Below are positions 17,816 through 27,462 of a stretch of DNA of 64,000 bases, in pieces. The stretch is taken from positions 32,001-96,000 of the forward strand of contig CAVXEP010000035.1 of the NCBI GenBank assembly GCA_963760795.1, given 5' to 3'. A program made the translations under genes and the position numbers. The stretch comes from an uncultured delta proteobacterium (GTDB lineage: Bacteria > Desulfobacterota > Binatia > UBA9968). Below the pieces are notes generated by a model. The model was not told the origin of the DNA. It was given only the letters and a program-made list of their open reading frames with translations, and did no database searches. Position 1 is the stretch's first letter; every line of letters starts with the position of its first letter.

Positions 17816-18538
17816 ATGGCACAGACGATTGAGAATATTGTTGATCCCAATGACTCCGGCTTATCATCGGAAATGGTGAAGATCGGCGACTTGAACGCGT
17901 ATGTTTCGCGGCCCAAGGACGGCAAGAATTTGGGCACAGTCATCGTGATTCACGAAAACCGTGGTTTGGTCGGGCATATTAAGGACGTCACCCGCCGGTT
18001 TGCCAAGGATGGCTTCGCGGCGATCGGGGTTGACCTGATGAGCCGCATCGGCGGCAGCGACAAGTGGAATGGCAGCGACGAGGCGACCAAGGAAATCGGC
18101 AAAATAACCGGCGCGATGGCGGTTGAAGATTTGACCTCGGCGGTCGCTTATATGAAGAAACAAAGCTACGTCAACGGTAAAGTCGGCGTGGTCGGCTACT
18201 GCTGGGGTGGCGGCCAGTCGCTCAACTTCGCGACCAAGTGCAAGGATTTGAATGCCGCCGTGGTTTACTACGGCCGCAATCCGGATCCGCTCGATTCCGT
18301 CGCCAATATCCCTTGCCCGGTGATGGGTAACTACGCAGCTGACGACGCCAACATCATGCCCGGTGTCGAGCCTTTGAAAGCGGCACTGGCCAAGGCCGGC
18401 AAGAGCTTTGACTGCAAAGTGTTTGACGGCGCCAAACACGCCTTTAACAACAATACCAATGCCGACCGTTACAACCCCGATGCGGCGAAAGATGCCTGGG
18501 GCAGAACGACGAGTTTTTTCAAAGCTAACTTGTCCTAA
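17816..18538 (+). CDS. Dienelactone hydrolase family protein
   Basis: VIHENRGL, GYCWGG nucleophile elbow, HAFNN catalytic His, AW..T..FF terminus. Confidence 0.92.
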   Translation: MAQTIENIVDPNDSGLSSEMVKIGDLNAYVSRPKDGKNLGTVIVIHENRGLVGHIKDVTRRFAKDGFAAIGVDLMSRIGGSDKWNGSDEATKEIGKITGAMAVEDLTSAVAYMKKQSYVNGKVGVVGYCWGGGQSLNFATKCKDLNAAVVYYGRNPDPLDSVANIPCPVMGNYAADDANIMPGVEPLKAALAKAGKSFDCKVFDGAKHAFNNNTNADRYNPDAAKDAWGRTTSFFKANLS

Positions 18539-18566
18539 TACAAGACAAGCGGGCTGGGTTAACAGC

Positions 18567-18618
18567 AAAAGCGGTATGCGGCTTCCTGATCAGGGGAAGT
18601 CGCATACCGCTTTTTTTT
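18567..18618. terminator. Bidirectional intrinsic terminator
   Basis: AAAAGCGGTATGCGGCTTCC...GGAAGTCGCATACCGCTTTTTTTT between convergent genes. Confidence 0.85.
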
Positions 18619-18695
18619 GTCAATTGTAATGTGTCGGTTGGGTAAGTCCGGGTGCGACATTATGTCTGCGAGCCGCCGGGAGCGCTTGGTGGAGT

Positions 18696-19016
18696 TTATT
18701 TCTTTTCTTCGAGTTCAGGCCGTCGGCCCACGCCGGTGCGGGCAAGCTCCGGGGTGATGACGTAGGGCTCTTGAAAGGTGTCGCGCCAGATTTGCCGGGT
18801 TAGTTCGGCGTTGCCGCCGGTGACGACGTAGGAAAGCGCGCCGCTGATCGCACCGACGCTGATGACGATCGCTTTGATCGGCAGGAACCACATATTGCCG
18901 GCACTGACGCCGACGGCGACGCCGGCTTTTTCAATGTTGTCCTCGGCGCGTAAGGTTGGCGGCGCCAGGGCAACTAGTGTCAAGGCTATCACGCCCGTTA
19001 GTATGTGGTTTTTCAT
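18696..19016 (-). CDS. Small secreted/membrane hypothetical protein
   Basis: 106 aa; signal peptide plus a hydrophobic segment (NMWFLPIKAIVISVGAISGALSYVVTGG); AGGA RBS overlapping the upstream gene end. Confidence 0.7.
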   Translation of the reverse strand: MKNHILTGVIALTLVALAPPTLRAEDNIEKAGVAVGVSAGNMWFLPIKAIVISVGAISGALSYVVTGGNAELTRQIWRDTFQEPYVITPELARTGVGRRPELEEKK

Positions 19017-19021
19017 TTCAT

Positions 19022-19474
19022 TTATCCTCTACCGAAAAATCTTTCACGGATGGCGTCGACGCCATGGGTGGGGTTCCAGTAGCGGCGCACGCCGAAATAG
19101 TAGCAGCAAGCTTCGTTATCGAGATCGTTGTTAAAGCAACGTAACTGGCCGTCTTGGAAGCGCACCCGGGCCAGGCACGTGCCGCCGGGTACCGATGAGG
19201 TCATGCACTCCATGACCACGCCGATGCCCCATTCTTCGTAGCGCCGATGATTGACCTCGTCGCCGACTCGCAGGAAAAGACGCTTGCCGTCGTTGAGCGC
19301 GACCCCGTTTTCGCGGCGGCGTTGGAAATGTTTGAGCGTGAGATCGACATTGGGGACGGCGGGCTTAGTCAGTGACGTTGCGCTTGACGCGGGCGATTTG
19401 GCCTGTGGCGCCGTGGCAGTTTGGCCTTTGCGCGGCGCGCCGCGTTTTCTTTGCGGTAACTTGAGTTTGCGCAC
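19022..19474 (-). CDS. DUF3553-like hypothetical protein
   Basis: Core GDEVNHRRYEEWGIGVV...GGTCLARVRFQDG..RCFNNDLDNEACCYYFGVRR; SH3/KOW-like small beta domain. Family assignment is from recall. Confidence 0.65.
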   Translation of the reverse strand: MRKLKLPQRKRGAPRKGQTATAPQAKSPASSATSLTKPAVPNVDLTLKHFQRRRENGVALNDGKRLFLRVGDEVNHRRYEEWGIGVVMECMTSSVPGGTCLARVRFQDGQLRCFNNDLDNEACCYYFGVRRYWNPTHGVDAIRERFFGRG

Positions 19475-19656
19475 AACTGATCCTTCGATTCACAGGCCCT
19501 TTAATTTTCGCCGGCAGCCGGTCGGAATTTCCCTGGACTCATAATCCCAAATATCCGGTTCAATAGTCAAGGTCTACCCGCCCTGGCGAAGATAAATTTA
19601 TTCACCCTGTTAAGTTGGCATAAGGCGCCAGCGGAACTCGTTGTGGTTGGCAACCA

Positions 19657-20526
19657 TCACCGCAAGAACGGTAGGAGTGCTGCCACTAATGCCTTCGGAT
19701 TGTCTTGATGCACCATGTGGCCGGCACCGTCGATAACCAGATGTCGCCGGTTGGCGATGGCATCGTAGCGTTGTTGTTTGTCGGCGCGCTTGGTCTGATG
19801 GCTTTGCTTGCCGTCGACGATGAGCACGGGGCAAGCGATGCGGCGGAGAAATTCGATGGCCTGGGCGGTGTAGAAGGGCTGCGGCGCCGCCGTGCGGTGC
19901 AGCGGATCGAACTTCCAAAGCCATTTGCCAGCGTCATTTTGTTTCATGGCGGCCTGTGCCAGTGCTGCGGCAAAAGCTTCCTGCAATCGAGGATTGGTCT
20001 GGCGTAATTGATCGGCGCCGGCCGCGACGCTGGAGTATGCCCGAAAGTGATTGCGGCCGCGCTTGCGGATCTCGCCGATCCATTGAGCCATGCGCAGCGG
20101 CGCGTCGGCAAAGTTCATCCCGACCGGGCCAACGCCTTCGATGAGCGCCAGTTTGATCACCCGCTCCGGGAAGGCGCCGGTGTAAAGCAGCGATATCGTG
20201 CCGCCCATGGAGTGGCCGATGAGTTTTATGGATTGAACGCCGAGAGCTTGGATCACGCTATCGAGGTCGAGTACGTAGTCGGGAAAATGGTAATAGCCGC
20301 CATCGCTCACCCAGCCGCTATCGCCGTGGCCGCGGCAGTCGGGAGCGACGATCCACAGCGGTCGTGGGTTGCGCCGTTGTAACTCGGCGACGAAGGGCGT
20401 CCAGCTAAAGGCGAGATCGAGAAAACCATGCACGAGCACCAATGGCTCAGTGTCCGGATCACCCCACTCGAGACAATGAATCGGCAAACCGAAAGAGTCG
20501 ACGGAGCGATGGCGAGGCTCGGACAT
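19657..20526 (-). CDS. Alpha/beta hydrolase
   Basis: LVHGFLD, PDCRGHGDS, GHSMGG nucleophile, GAGHMVH catalytic His. Confidence 0.93.
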   Translation of the reverse strand: MSEPRHRSVDSFGLPIHCLEWGDPDTEPLVLVHGFLDLAFSWTPFVAELQRRNPRPLWIVAPDCRGHGDSGWVSDGGYYHFPDYVLDLDSVIQALGVQSIKLIGHSMGGTISLLYTGAFPERVIKLALIEGVGPVGMNFADAPLRMAQWIGEIRKRGRNHFRAYSSVAAGADQLRQTNPRLQEAFAAALAQAAMKQNDAGKWLWKFDPLHRTAAPQPFYTAQAIEFLRRIACPVLIVDGKQSHQTKRADKQQRYDAIANRRHLVIDGAGHMVHQDNPKALVAALLPFLR

Positions 20527-20538
20527 GGCGCGGGCGGG

Positions 20539-21012
20539 CTAGATGCGTTGGATCGGCACTTCGACGAAGTCGGCTTTCTCACTCGACCACGCGAAGGCTT
20601 TGATCGCTTTCACGTTGCGGTCGTAGATCGAGGCGACAATTTGCGCCGCTTCGGGATAAGTCGGTTCTCCAAAAGGAGTAGCAGCATCACGATCCTCGGG
20701 CGAAAAGTAGGCTGGATGATTTGGGTGCGAGTGATAAAACGCTTTAAGCGTGTAGCCGATTTTCCCCGCTTCAAGCAAAAGCGAGTCTAAGACTCTAACG
20801 TCCATGTTGTAAGCGATGGCCGCCGTGCGCGGATGGGTCTTGGGATCGAGGGCGTGGAGTTCGTTCTGGAGATTCCTCAAGCGTTGAGCGCGATCGGTTA
20901 CTCCGTTTGAAAGCACGACACCACAGCACTCTTCAGGAAACTCGTCTTCGGCATGGCGTGTGATTTCGTTCCACGCTTCTTCAGTTAGCACGACTTCGGT
21001 TTGCATGCTCAT
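20539..21012 (-). CDS. Mov34/MPN/JAMM (M67) metallopeptidase
   Basis: PEECCG (catalytic Glu) and YHSHPNHPAYFSPED (HxH-x7-S-xx-D). Confidence 0.9.
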   Translation of the reverse strand: MSMQTEVVLTEEAWNEITRHAEDEFPEECCGVVLSNGVTDRAQRLRNLQNELHALDPKTHPRTAAIAYNMDVRVLDSLLLEAGKIGYTLKAFYHSHPNHPAYFSPEDRDAATPFGEPTYPEAAQIVASIYDRNVKAIKAFAWSSEKADFVEVPIQRI

Positions 21013-21168
21013 AGTATCTCATGTGCCTCCGCGCCGACTGGAATCCTTTAGCACAAGAAACTCCGCAGCGCCATTGTGGCGCGCTGACCATCGAACCGAT
21101 GGCACCGCGGCCAGCGTCCAACACTCGGGTAGGCTCTGACATCGAAAAATAGACACAGAAAAGTTGAA

Positions 21169-21864
21169 CTAGAAAGTCGGCGCTTTGCGATTAGTGTAAC
21201 GCTTGTAGGCATCGAGCACGAGGGTTGCGTACTCTTGGGAGAACTCTTCATTGTTCTCCAAGCGGTTCTGCAATTCCGACGGCCCGGCATTGTAGGCGAT
21301 CAAGGCGAGGTTGAGATTGCGAAATTGTTTTCTCAGATCATGCAAATAGTAGACGCCCATGCGGATGTTCAAGATCGGATCGTCAAGGGACTCTGGCCGG
21401 TACGTGACCGGCTTGACGCCGAGCTCGCGGCCCAGAGTGTCGGTTAAGAACTTGCCGGTGTCGGGCATGATTTGCATGATGCCGCGTGCGCCCACCGGCG
21501 AGATTGCCGAGTATTGAAAGCGGCTTTCCACTTCGATCACCGCAAGGACCAGCATCGGATCGAGGTTGCGCTTCAAACTTTCTTCGAGGATGGCTTCGGA
21601 AACCCGCCAGGCTTCGGAATCGGTAATATCGGCACGATGGGATTTGACGATGTTGTAAACTTTAACCAGCTCTTTGGGACGGGGTCTTTCGACCACTTCG
21701 ACGATCTTGACGATTTCGGTAATTTTGGGAGATTTGCCAGTTTCCGGAACGCCTCTGAAAGCCAGCAGCGCCGGCGTAAACAATGCTATGGCAAGGACCA
21801 GTTTCGCACAGGCGCTGCCGCAGCCTAAAGTACGAGTGTGCGTTTTTTTACGACGTGTCTGCAT
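21169..21864 (-). CDS. Lytic transglycosylase (SLT domain), membrane anchored
   Basis: LVLAVIEVES, SPVGARGIMQIMP, NIRMGVYYL, ALIAYNAGP. Confidence 0.93.
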   Translation of the reverse strand: MQTRRKKTHTRTLGCGSACAKLVLAIALFTPALLAFRGVPETGKSPKITEIVKIVEVVERPRPKELVKVYNIVKSHRADITDSEAWRVSEAILEESLKRNLDPMLVLAVIEVESRFQYSAISPVGARGIMQIMPDTGKFLTDTLGRELGVKPVTYRPESLDDPILNIRMGVYYLHDLRKQFRNLNLALIAYNAGPSELQNRLENNEEFSQEYATLVLDAYKRYTNRKAPTF

Positions 21865-22051
21865 ACTTTATTCCTAATATTGATTTCGCTGAAACCGCTG
21901 GCGCGTTTCGAAAGTTCGAAAGCTTGGGGTTAACTATCAAACGGGTTCGATCAAGTCAATCGCAAAATAAAAAAATGCTACTTGCCCAATCGAGAAATCG
22001 CGGCTGGATACGTGAAAATATTTCTCCTCAAAAACGCTTTTCCACGCCGCG

Positions 22052-22089
22052 AAAAACCAGGGGCAAGGAAATCTTCCTTGCCCCTGGTT
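22052..22089 (-). terminator. Intrinsic terminator of the UbiD gene
   Basis: AACCAGGGGCAAGGAA / TTCCTTGCCCCTGGTT stem followed by a U run on the minus strand. Confidence 0.75.
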
Positions 22090-22113
22090 GTCAACTTGAC
22101 TTGATGTGTGAAA

Positions 22114-23685
22114 TTACCGGCCGGTGCGCGCCAGGGAATGAACCCAGCCCTGCATGCGGTTCTTGGCGTTCTGAATGTCTTTGTCGCTGAACCATTTCTT
22201 CAGATCGACTTTGTCGACCGGATAGACGGGCCGCATGAAGTCGCTCTCATAACCGAATGGCACGGTGGCGTCGATGCCCATGCCGCCTTCGAAACTGGTA
22301 TTCGATGCCGTCCACTCTTTTTCGCCGGCAGTCATGCGCTCGGCGGGCATGAAGGTTTGGCCGCGGCCGCCGGGCAGCGGATTGATGATGTCGGTCTTGG
22401 GATTGACGCGCGTGGTGATGTTCCACATGATGTCGTCCATGTCGTAGGGATCGCTGTCTTCGCTGACGGCGACCACCACGCGTGAACCTTGCGAGGTGGC
22501 GAGGATCGCCGCCATGAAATTGCGCTGCCAGCCTTCTTCGATGCGGTTGCGTTTCTTCACTTGAATGATCGCGCCGCCCCAATCGGTCATGCAGTAGGGA
22601 ATATTGACGTCCATGATGATGCCGGGCTGCATTCTTTCGCAGAGCTCGAACATCGCCGCTTCGCGCACCGTGGTATCGATGTTGTGGTCGTCGAGGGTGT
22701 GCACGCCGAGCGGGAAAATGATCGGCTTGCCTTCGCGCTTACGCGTGGTCACGGCGGTGACGTGGAAGGTCGGCGCTTTGTAGGCTTTGCCCATGTAGCC
22801 GGCCCACTCCGGATGGAAGTGGAAGCGCCCCTGAATGCCGGCTTTTTCGGACTCCGCGGTTTCGAAACGACGATCGCGCGGGTTGACGTATCCTTCGAGA
22901 ATGACTTCCGCATCGGCCAGTCCGTAAGCGTCGACCGTGCGCGCTTTGACCAAACGCATGGGCGCGCCTTGGACGGCGCCGGCGATGCCGACTTCATCGC
23001 AGCCTTGCGGCAGGATGACGTAATCGAAACCGGCGCCGGCGAGCAGCGATCCCGCCACCGGCAAGCCGAAGTTCATGGTGATCGGCACCATTTTATTATC
23101 TTTGTAATACTTGCTGACGACCTGCCACATGTGCGAGCCGGGGGAGATCTGGAAAGTGCCGACATTGCCCCAGCGGAAATTCATGCGGTTATAACCGAGA
23201 TCGGTGCCGCCGTTAAAATAGTCGCCGGATATCAAACGATTGCCGGAACCTACGGTCAATTCGGGTTCGACGTCGGTATGACGGATCGGCACGACGAAGT
23301 CGTTGGCTTCCGCCGGCTTCTCATAAACTTCCTCTTGCACCGGCGCGTCTTTTTGATCGACGACGATGGGCGCGATCGGATGTGTGATCGCATAGGCGAG
23401 CTTGCGGGTGCGATCGGCGTGATCCTTCCAGCCGAACATCTTGTTGATGACGTTCATGTCGCCGAATAAATTGGTGACACAGCGATGCTGCGGCTTGCCT
23501 TTGACGTTATTGAAAAGGATCGGGCAACCGCCGTCGAGCTTTTTCTGAATGCCGGTGAGTTCCAGGTTAGGGTCGACCTCTTTGTCGGTGACAATGATGT
23601 CCCCTTCTTTTTTCATCCACTCGATCGCACTGCGTAAATCCCTTGCTTCCTCCGGCGATGCGCCGTCTCGCTTAGCTTGTGCCAT
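22114..23685 (-). CDS. UbiD family decarboxylase, phthaloyl-CoA decarboxylase (PhtDa/Pcd)-like clade
   Basis: 523 aa; GYNRMNFRWGNVGTFQISPGSHMWQ, QGRFHFHPEWAGYMGKAYKAPTFHV, GGMGIDATVP, C-terminal SLARTGR. These match my recollection of Azoarcus/Thauera/Aromatoleum phthaloyl-CoA decarboxylases. UbiD membership is firm; the clade needs a search. Confidence 0.85.
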   Translation of the reverse strand: MAQAKRDGASPEEARDLRSAIEWMKKEGDIIVTDKEVDPNLELTGIQKKLDGGCPILFNNVKGKPQHRCVTNLFGDMNVINKMFGWKDHADRTRKLAYAITHPIAPIVVDQKDAPVQEEVYEKPAEANDFVVPIRHTDVEPELTVGSGNRLISGDYFNGGTDLGYNRMNFRWGNVGTFQISPGSHMWQVVSKYYKDNKMVPITMNFGLPVAGSLLAGAGFDYVILPQGCDEVGIAGAVQGAPMRLVKARTVDAYGLADAEVILEGYVNPRDRRFETAESEKAGIQGRFHFHPEWAGYMGKAYKAPTFHVTAVTTRKREGKPIIFPLGVHTLDDHNIDTTVREAAMFELCERMQPGIIMDVNIPYCMTDWGGAIIQVKKRNRIEEGWQRNFMAAILATSQGSRVVVAVSEDSDPYDMDDIMWNITTRVNPKTDIINPLPGGRGQTFMPAERMTAGEKEWTASNTSFEGGMGIDATVPFGYESDFMRPVYPVDKVDLKKWFSDKDIQNAKNRMQGWVHSLARTGR

Positions 23686-24007
23686 TCTTTCCCTCCGAAT
23701 GATTTACTTTTCTGATTTCAACGCGGTAGAAAAATCCCATAAATCGACAGCTTTTTAGACCTAAACGGCAAAAAAATTGATGGGAGATTATCCAAATCAG
23801 GCTGTTTGAACGGTGCCTAGGATTATACAGAATTTATCTCAAAGTCAACGAACGCTCGGTCGATCGGCGCGGCCGATTCGATATCCTGGCGCCGTTCCAA
23901 TCGCGTCGCGCCGCCACGGTTGAACGGGAACCTTTGGGCGTAACTGCGACTTTACAGTTACTATGCGGCCTGCTATCTGTGCTGGATTATGTTTTTGAGG
24001 AGAATTT

Positions 24008-27000
24008 ATGGCCGTTGGCGTTCTGCGTTCTAAACAAGACTGGCTCTTAGTCGTCGGTCTGTTTTGTTTCTTTTTTTCCGGCGCTGCTGGACTGATTTAC
24101 CAAGTCGTCTGGACCCGCATGTTGTCGCAGATATTCGGCAATACCACCTACGCCATCGCCACGGTGTTGTCCGCCTTCATGGCTGGATTGGCCATCGGCA
24201 GTTACTGGTTCGGCAAGATCGCCGACCGCGGTAAGAACGATTTCTTGTTGTACGGCCTGCTCGAAGCGGGGGTCGGGGTGTACGGATTTCTCGTGCCATG
24301 GTTTTTCGTCGGGGCGCAAAAGGTCTATGGACCGATCTTCTCACTCAATGAAAGCCAGCCGTTTCTTTTCAATCTATTCTTATTCTTTCTTTCCTTCGTC
24401 TTGCTGGTGTTTCCAACTCTATTGATGGGCGCGACATTACCGGTGTTGAGCCGCTTTTACGTGCGCAGCTTCGCGCAATTCGGCCGCCGCGTCGGCGATC
24501 TTTACGCCACCAACACGCTAGGCGCGGTGATTGGCTGTGCCATGGGCGGATTTTTCTTAATTCCCGTTTATGGCATGCGCGCTACGGTTTACGTCGCCGC
24601 CGGCGTCAATATGCTCATCGCCATCGTTATTTTGATCGTCGATCGCCTGCGCGATCCTGAGCCGGTGGCCGAGGAGGCGGAGGCCGAAGCGCGCAGCCAG
24701 GACGCTGCCAGCGCCGCGGCGCAAAGTTCGACTTATCTTGACTGGGTGTTGCTTGGCTCTTTCGCTCTCTCCGGTTTCGCCTCGTTGGTTTACGAAAATG
24801 CTTGGACGCGCTCGCTCACCCTGGTCATCGGCAGCTCGATCTATTCGTTTACGACCATGCTGGTCACGTTTCTCATCGGCCTGGCGTTGGGCGGATTTAT
24901 TTATGCGCGAGTGCTGGGCAATCGCGAAGCGCGCTTGAGCACCTTCGGCCTCCTCGAGCTATGGGTCGGCTTGTCGGCGCTGGCGACCATCCCGCTGTTC
25001 GAGCGCCTGCCGCTGATCTTTGTCCGCTTGCTCCATGGCTTCGGCGATACTTTCACGGTTTTCCTTTATTTGCAGATCGTTCTATCGGCGCTGGTGATGT
25101 TCATTCCGACTGTTCTATTGGGCATGACGTTTCCGCTGGTGGCGCGGCTGTTCACTCAAAGCCTGTACCGCGTTGGCAGCGGCGTCGGCAGTTCCTACGC
25201 GGCGAATACAGTCGGAGCCGTGCTCGGCGCCTTCGCCGGCGGCTTCATATTGATCCCCAACGTCGGCGTGCAGAACACCATCATCTGCGGCGTCGTGCTG
25301 AACTTGTTGATCGGTTGCTGGTTGATTGTCAGCGATGGGCGGCTGTCTTTCTTGCCGCGTTATGCGCTTGGGCTCGCGGTATTGGTTCTCGCGGCGATCG
25401 TGCCGTTCAAGGTCAAGCGTTGGGACCCCAGTATACTGACCAGCGGCGTGACGATTTACAACGATCGCTACGAAGCGCTGCCGAGTGATTCATTGCGCAT
25501 CGAAGAAATGAAGCGTGACGAGGTGCTGTTTTATCGCGAAGGACTGACGACCACGGTGAGCGTCCACAAGATTCTCGGCAGCGATTATCTGTACTTTAAA
25601 TCCAACGGCAAGATCGACGGTTCCTACGGCGACGCGCTGAGCCAGTTGATGACCAGCTACATCGCCATGATGCTGCATCCGAAAGCCGAGACCGCGTTGA
25701 CCATCGGACTGGGCAGCGGTATGTCGGCCAAGGCGCTGGCTACCTTCAAGACTCTTAAATCCATCGAAGTCATCGAGATCGAGCCGGCGATGATCCAAGC
25801 GAGTAAATTTTTCGATAGGCAGTCGGTGCTAGTCGATAAATTCCCGGCAGGCATCAGTTTCCCCGCCGACGATAGCCATGGCCGGGTTTGGTACAACGCG
25901 GCTGAAAAGCGTCTCTATTATAAGGGCGTCATGAGCGATGGGGTGCGCACCGAGTTGATGAATCGCTCGCAGGATAAAGACTACCGCGGCATGATCGACC
26001 GGCTTTACCGCAATGCCCGCCACTCGCGCCACTCGAGCGTTTTGGAAGACAAGCGGGTGCGGGTGATTCCCACCGATGGGCGCAACTATATACTAGCGAC
26101 GCCGAAATTTTACGACGTCATCACCGCTGAGCCGTCAAATCCGTGGATCGCCGGCATCGCCAACCTATATACCCGAGAGTTTTACCAGGTCATCAAGTCG
26201 AAGATCAAAGACGACGGGATCTTCGCCCAGTGGTTTCACAATTATTCGATGTCGCCAGACGATTTTCGCATGGTCTTTCGCACCTTCGCCGAGGCGTTTC
26301 CCCATGTCTCGCTGTGGAGCATGAAGGAAAGCGACTTTCTGCTCATCGGTAGCAAGAAGGAGCAGAAGTTCGACTATGCCGCGGTCAAAGCGATTTTCGA
26401 TAGCAACGAAATGCTCCGCTCGGACTTCCAGTATCTAGGGCTGTCCGATGTTTATGCCGTGCAGGGATTTTACCGCATGGGCAGGGACGGCTTTCTGGCG
26501 TTCTCCAAGGGTGCGAAAATTAATACCGATGACGGCGCGGAGTTGGAGTTTTCCGCGCCCAAGAACCTGCGGCGCGCGACCACCGAACTCAACCGGCGGA
26601 TCATGACGCCGTTTCTCGTCGATACTCCGCCCTGGTTGAAAAACGCTCCACTGCCGGTGCCCCAGGCGATGCATCATTTTTACCTGGCGCAATCCTACGC
26701 CGCCAGCGTGGCGCGCAACCGGGCATTAACCGAGCTTGAAGAAGCGATCCGCTTGGAGCCAAAGAATCCCAAGTTTCAATTGCTGAAAATGAAAATCCTC
26801 CTCGAGCAGGATAAGAGCACCGAGGGCGCGCAGGCGGCGTTTAAGGCGTTGGAGCAAGGTTCTGCATACATGCCTGACGTGCTCGCCATGAGCGATGAGT
26901 TTTATTTGCCCGACGCCAAGTTGGTTTACAAAAAGATCATCGACATGGGAACTAAAGAAGTGTTGCCGTACTTGGGTCTCGGCAACATCGCGTTGCACTC

Positions 27001-27445
27001 AGGCGATATCGCCGAAGCTGAGAAGTGGTTCATTCCGGCCCGTGAGTTGCAGCCCGAACATCCGGCGGTATTGCTGGCCTGGGGCCGGCTAACCGCGGTC
27101 AAAGGCAATCGCACGACCGACGCGGCGCAGGCCAAAAAAGAGCGCCAAGAAGCGCGCCGGTTACTCGAGCTATCGAAAACCAAAGGTGAGGAATCCGCCA
27201 CGATATTCACGGAATTGGCCGCGGTCTACTTCAAGCTTGAGATGTGGGACAAGGCGGCGGAGAATTATGAAGTCGCCCTGCGCATGCGCCGGCGCCGCAA
27301 CGATTTGCGCATGGAGCTGGGAAAAGCTTATGTCAAGCTCGGCAGGACGGTGGAGGCTGAGCAAAAATTTCGCCAGGTGTTAGCGTTTAGCCCTGACGAC
27401 GCCGACGCCTGGCGCGAGTTGCAGTTGATGGGCAAGGCCTACTGA
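24008..27445 (+). CDS. Fused MFS-like membrane domain / spermidine synthase-like methyltransferase with C-terminal TPRs
   Basis: FFSGAAGLIYQVVWTR, two repeats of LMGATLP / Y(A)xNTxGAxxG, IGLGSGMS, IEIEPAM, DGRNY, YDVITAEPSNPWIAGIANLYTREFY, NTDD..LEF, then TPRs. Confidence 0.9.
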   Translation: MAVGVLRSKQDWLLVVGLFCFFFSGAAGLIYQVVWTRMLSQIFGNTTYAIATVLSAFMAGLAIGSYWFGKIADRGKNDFLLYGLLEAGVGVYGFLVPWFFVGAQKVYGPIFSLNESQPFLFNLFLFFLSFVLLVFPTLLMGATLPVLSRFYVRSFAQFGRRVGDLYATNTLGAVIGCAMGGFFLIPVYGMRATVYVAAGVNMLIAIVILIVDRLRDPEPVAEEAEAEARSQDAASAAAQSSTYLDWVLLGSFALSGFASLVYENAWTRSLTLVIGSSIYSFTTMLVTFLIGLALGGFIYARVLGNREARLSTFGLLELWVGLSALATIPLFERLPLIFVRLLHGFGDTFTVFLYLQIVLSALVMFIPTVLLGMTFPLVARLFTQSLYRVGSGVGSSYAANTVGAVLGAFAGGFILIPNVGVQNTIICGVVLNLLIGCWLIVSDGRLSFLPRYALGLAVLVLAAIVPFKVKRWDPSILTSGVTIYNDRYEALPSDSLRIEEMKRDEVLFYREGLTTTVSVHKILGSDYLYFKSNGKIDGSYGDALSQLMTSYIAMMLHPKAETALTIGLGSGMSAKALATFKTLKSIEVIEIEPAMIQASKFFDRQSVLVDKFPAGISFPADDSHGRVWYNAAEKRLYYKGVMSDGVRTELMNRSQDKDYRGMIDRLYRNARHSRHSSVLEDKRVRVIPTDGRNYILATPKFYDVITAEPSNPWIAGIANLYTREFYQVIKSKIKDDGIFAQWFHNYSMSPDDFRMVFRTFAEAFPHVSLWSMKESDFLLIGSKKEQKFDYAAVKAIFDSNEMLRSDFQYLGLSDVYAVQGFYRMGRDGFLAFSKGAKINTDDGAELEFSAPKNLRRATTELNRRIMTPFLVDTPPWLKNAPLPVPQAMHHFYLAQSYAASVARNRALTELEEAIRLEPKNPKFQLLKMKILLEQDKSTEGAQAAFKALEQGSAYMPDVLAMSDEFYLPDAKLVYKKIIDMGTKEVLPYLGLGNIALHSGDIAEAEKWFIPARELQPEHPAVLLAWGRLTAVKGNRTTDAAQAKKERQEARRLLELSKTKGEESATIFTELAAVYFKLEMWDKAAENYEVALRMRRRRNDLRMELGKAYVKLGRTVEAEQKFRQVLAFSPDDADAWRELQLMGKAY

Positions 27446-27462
27446 GTACCCGACTAGCGCGT

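Noticed and set aside
20539-21012. JAMM protein as an anti-phage CBASS/Bil component
   Set aside because: No CD-NTase, E1/E2, ubiquitin-like or effector genes nearby; the context is housekeeping.
25817-26030. Insertion in the spermidine-synthase-like gene as an intein
   Set aside because: Too short, and lacks the Cys/Ser start and His-Asn end motifs.
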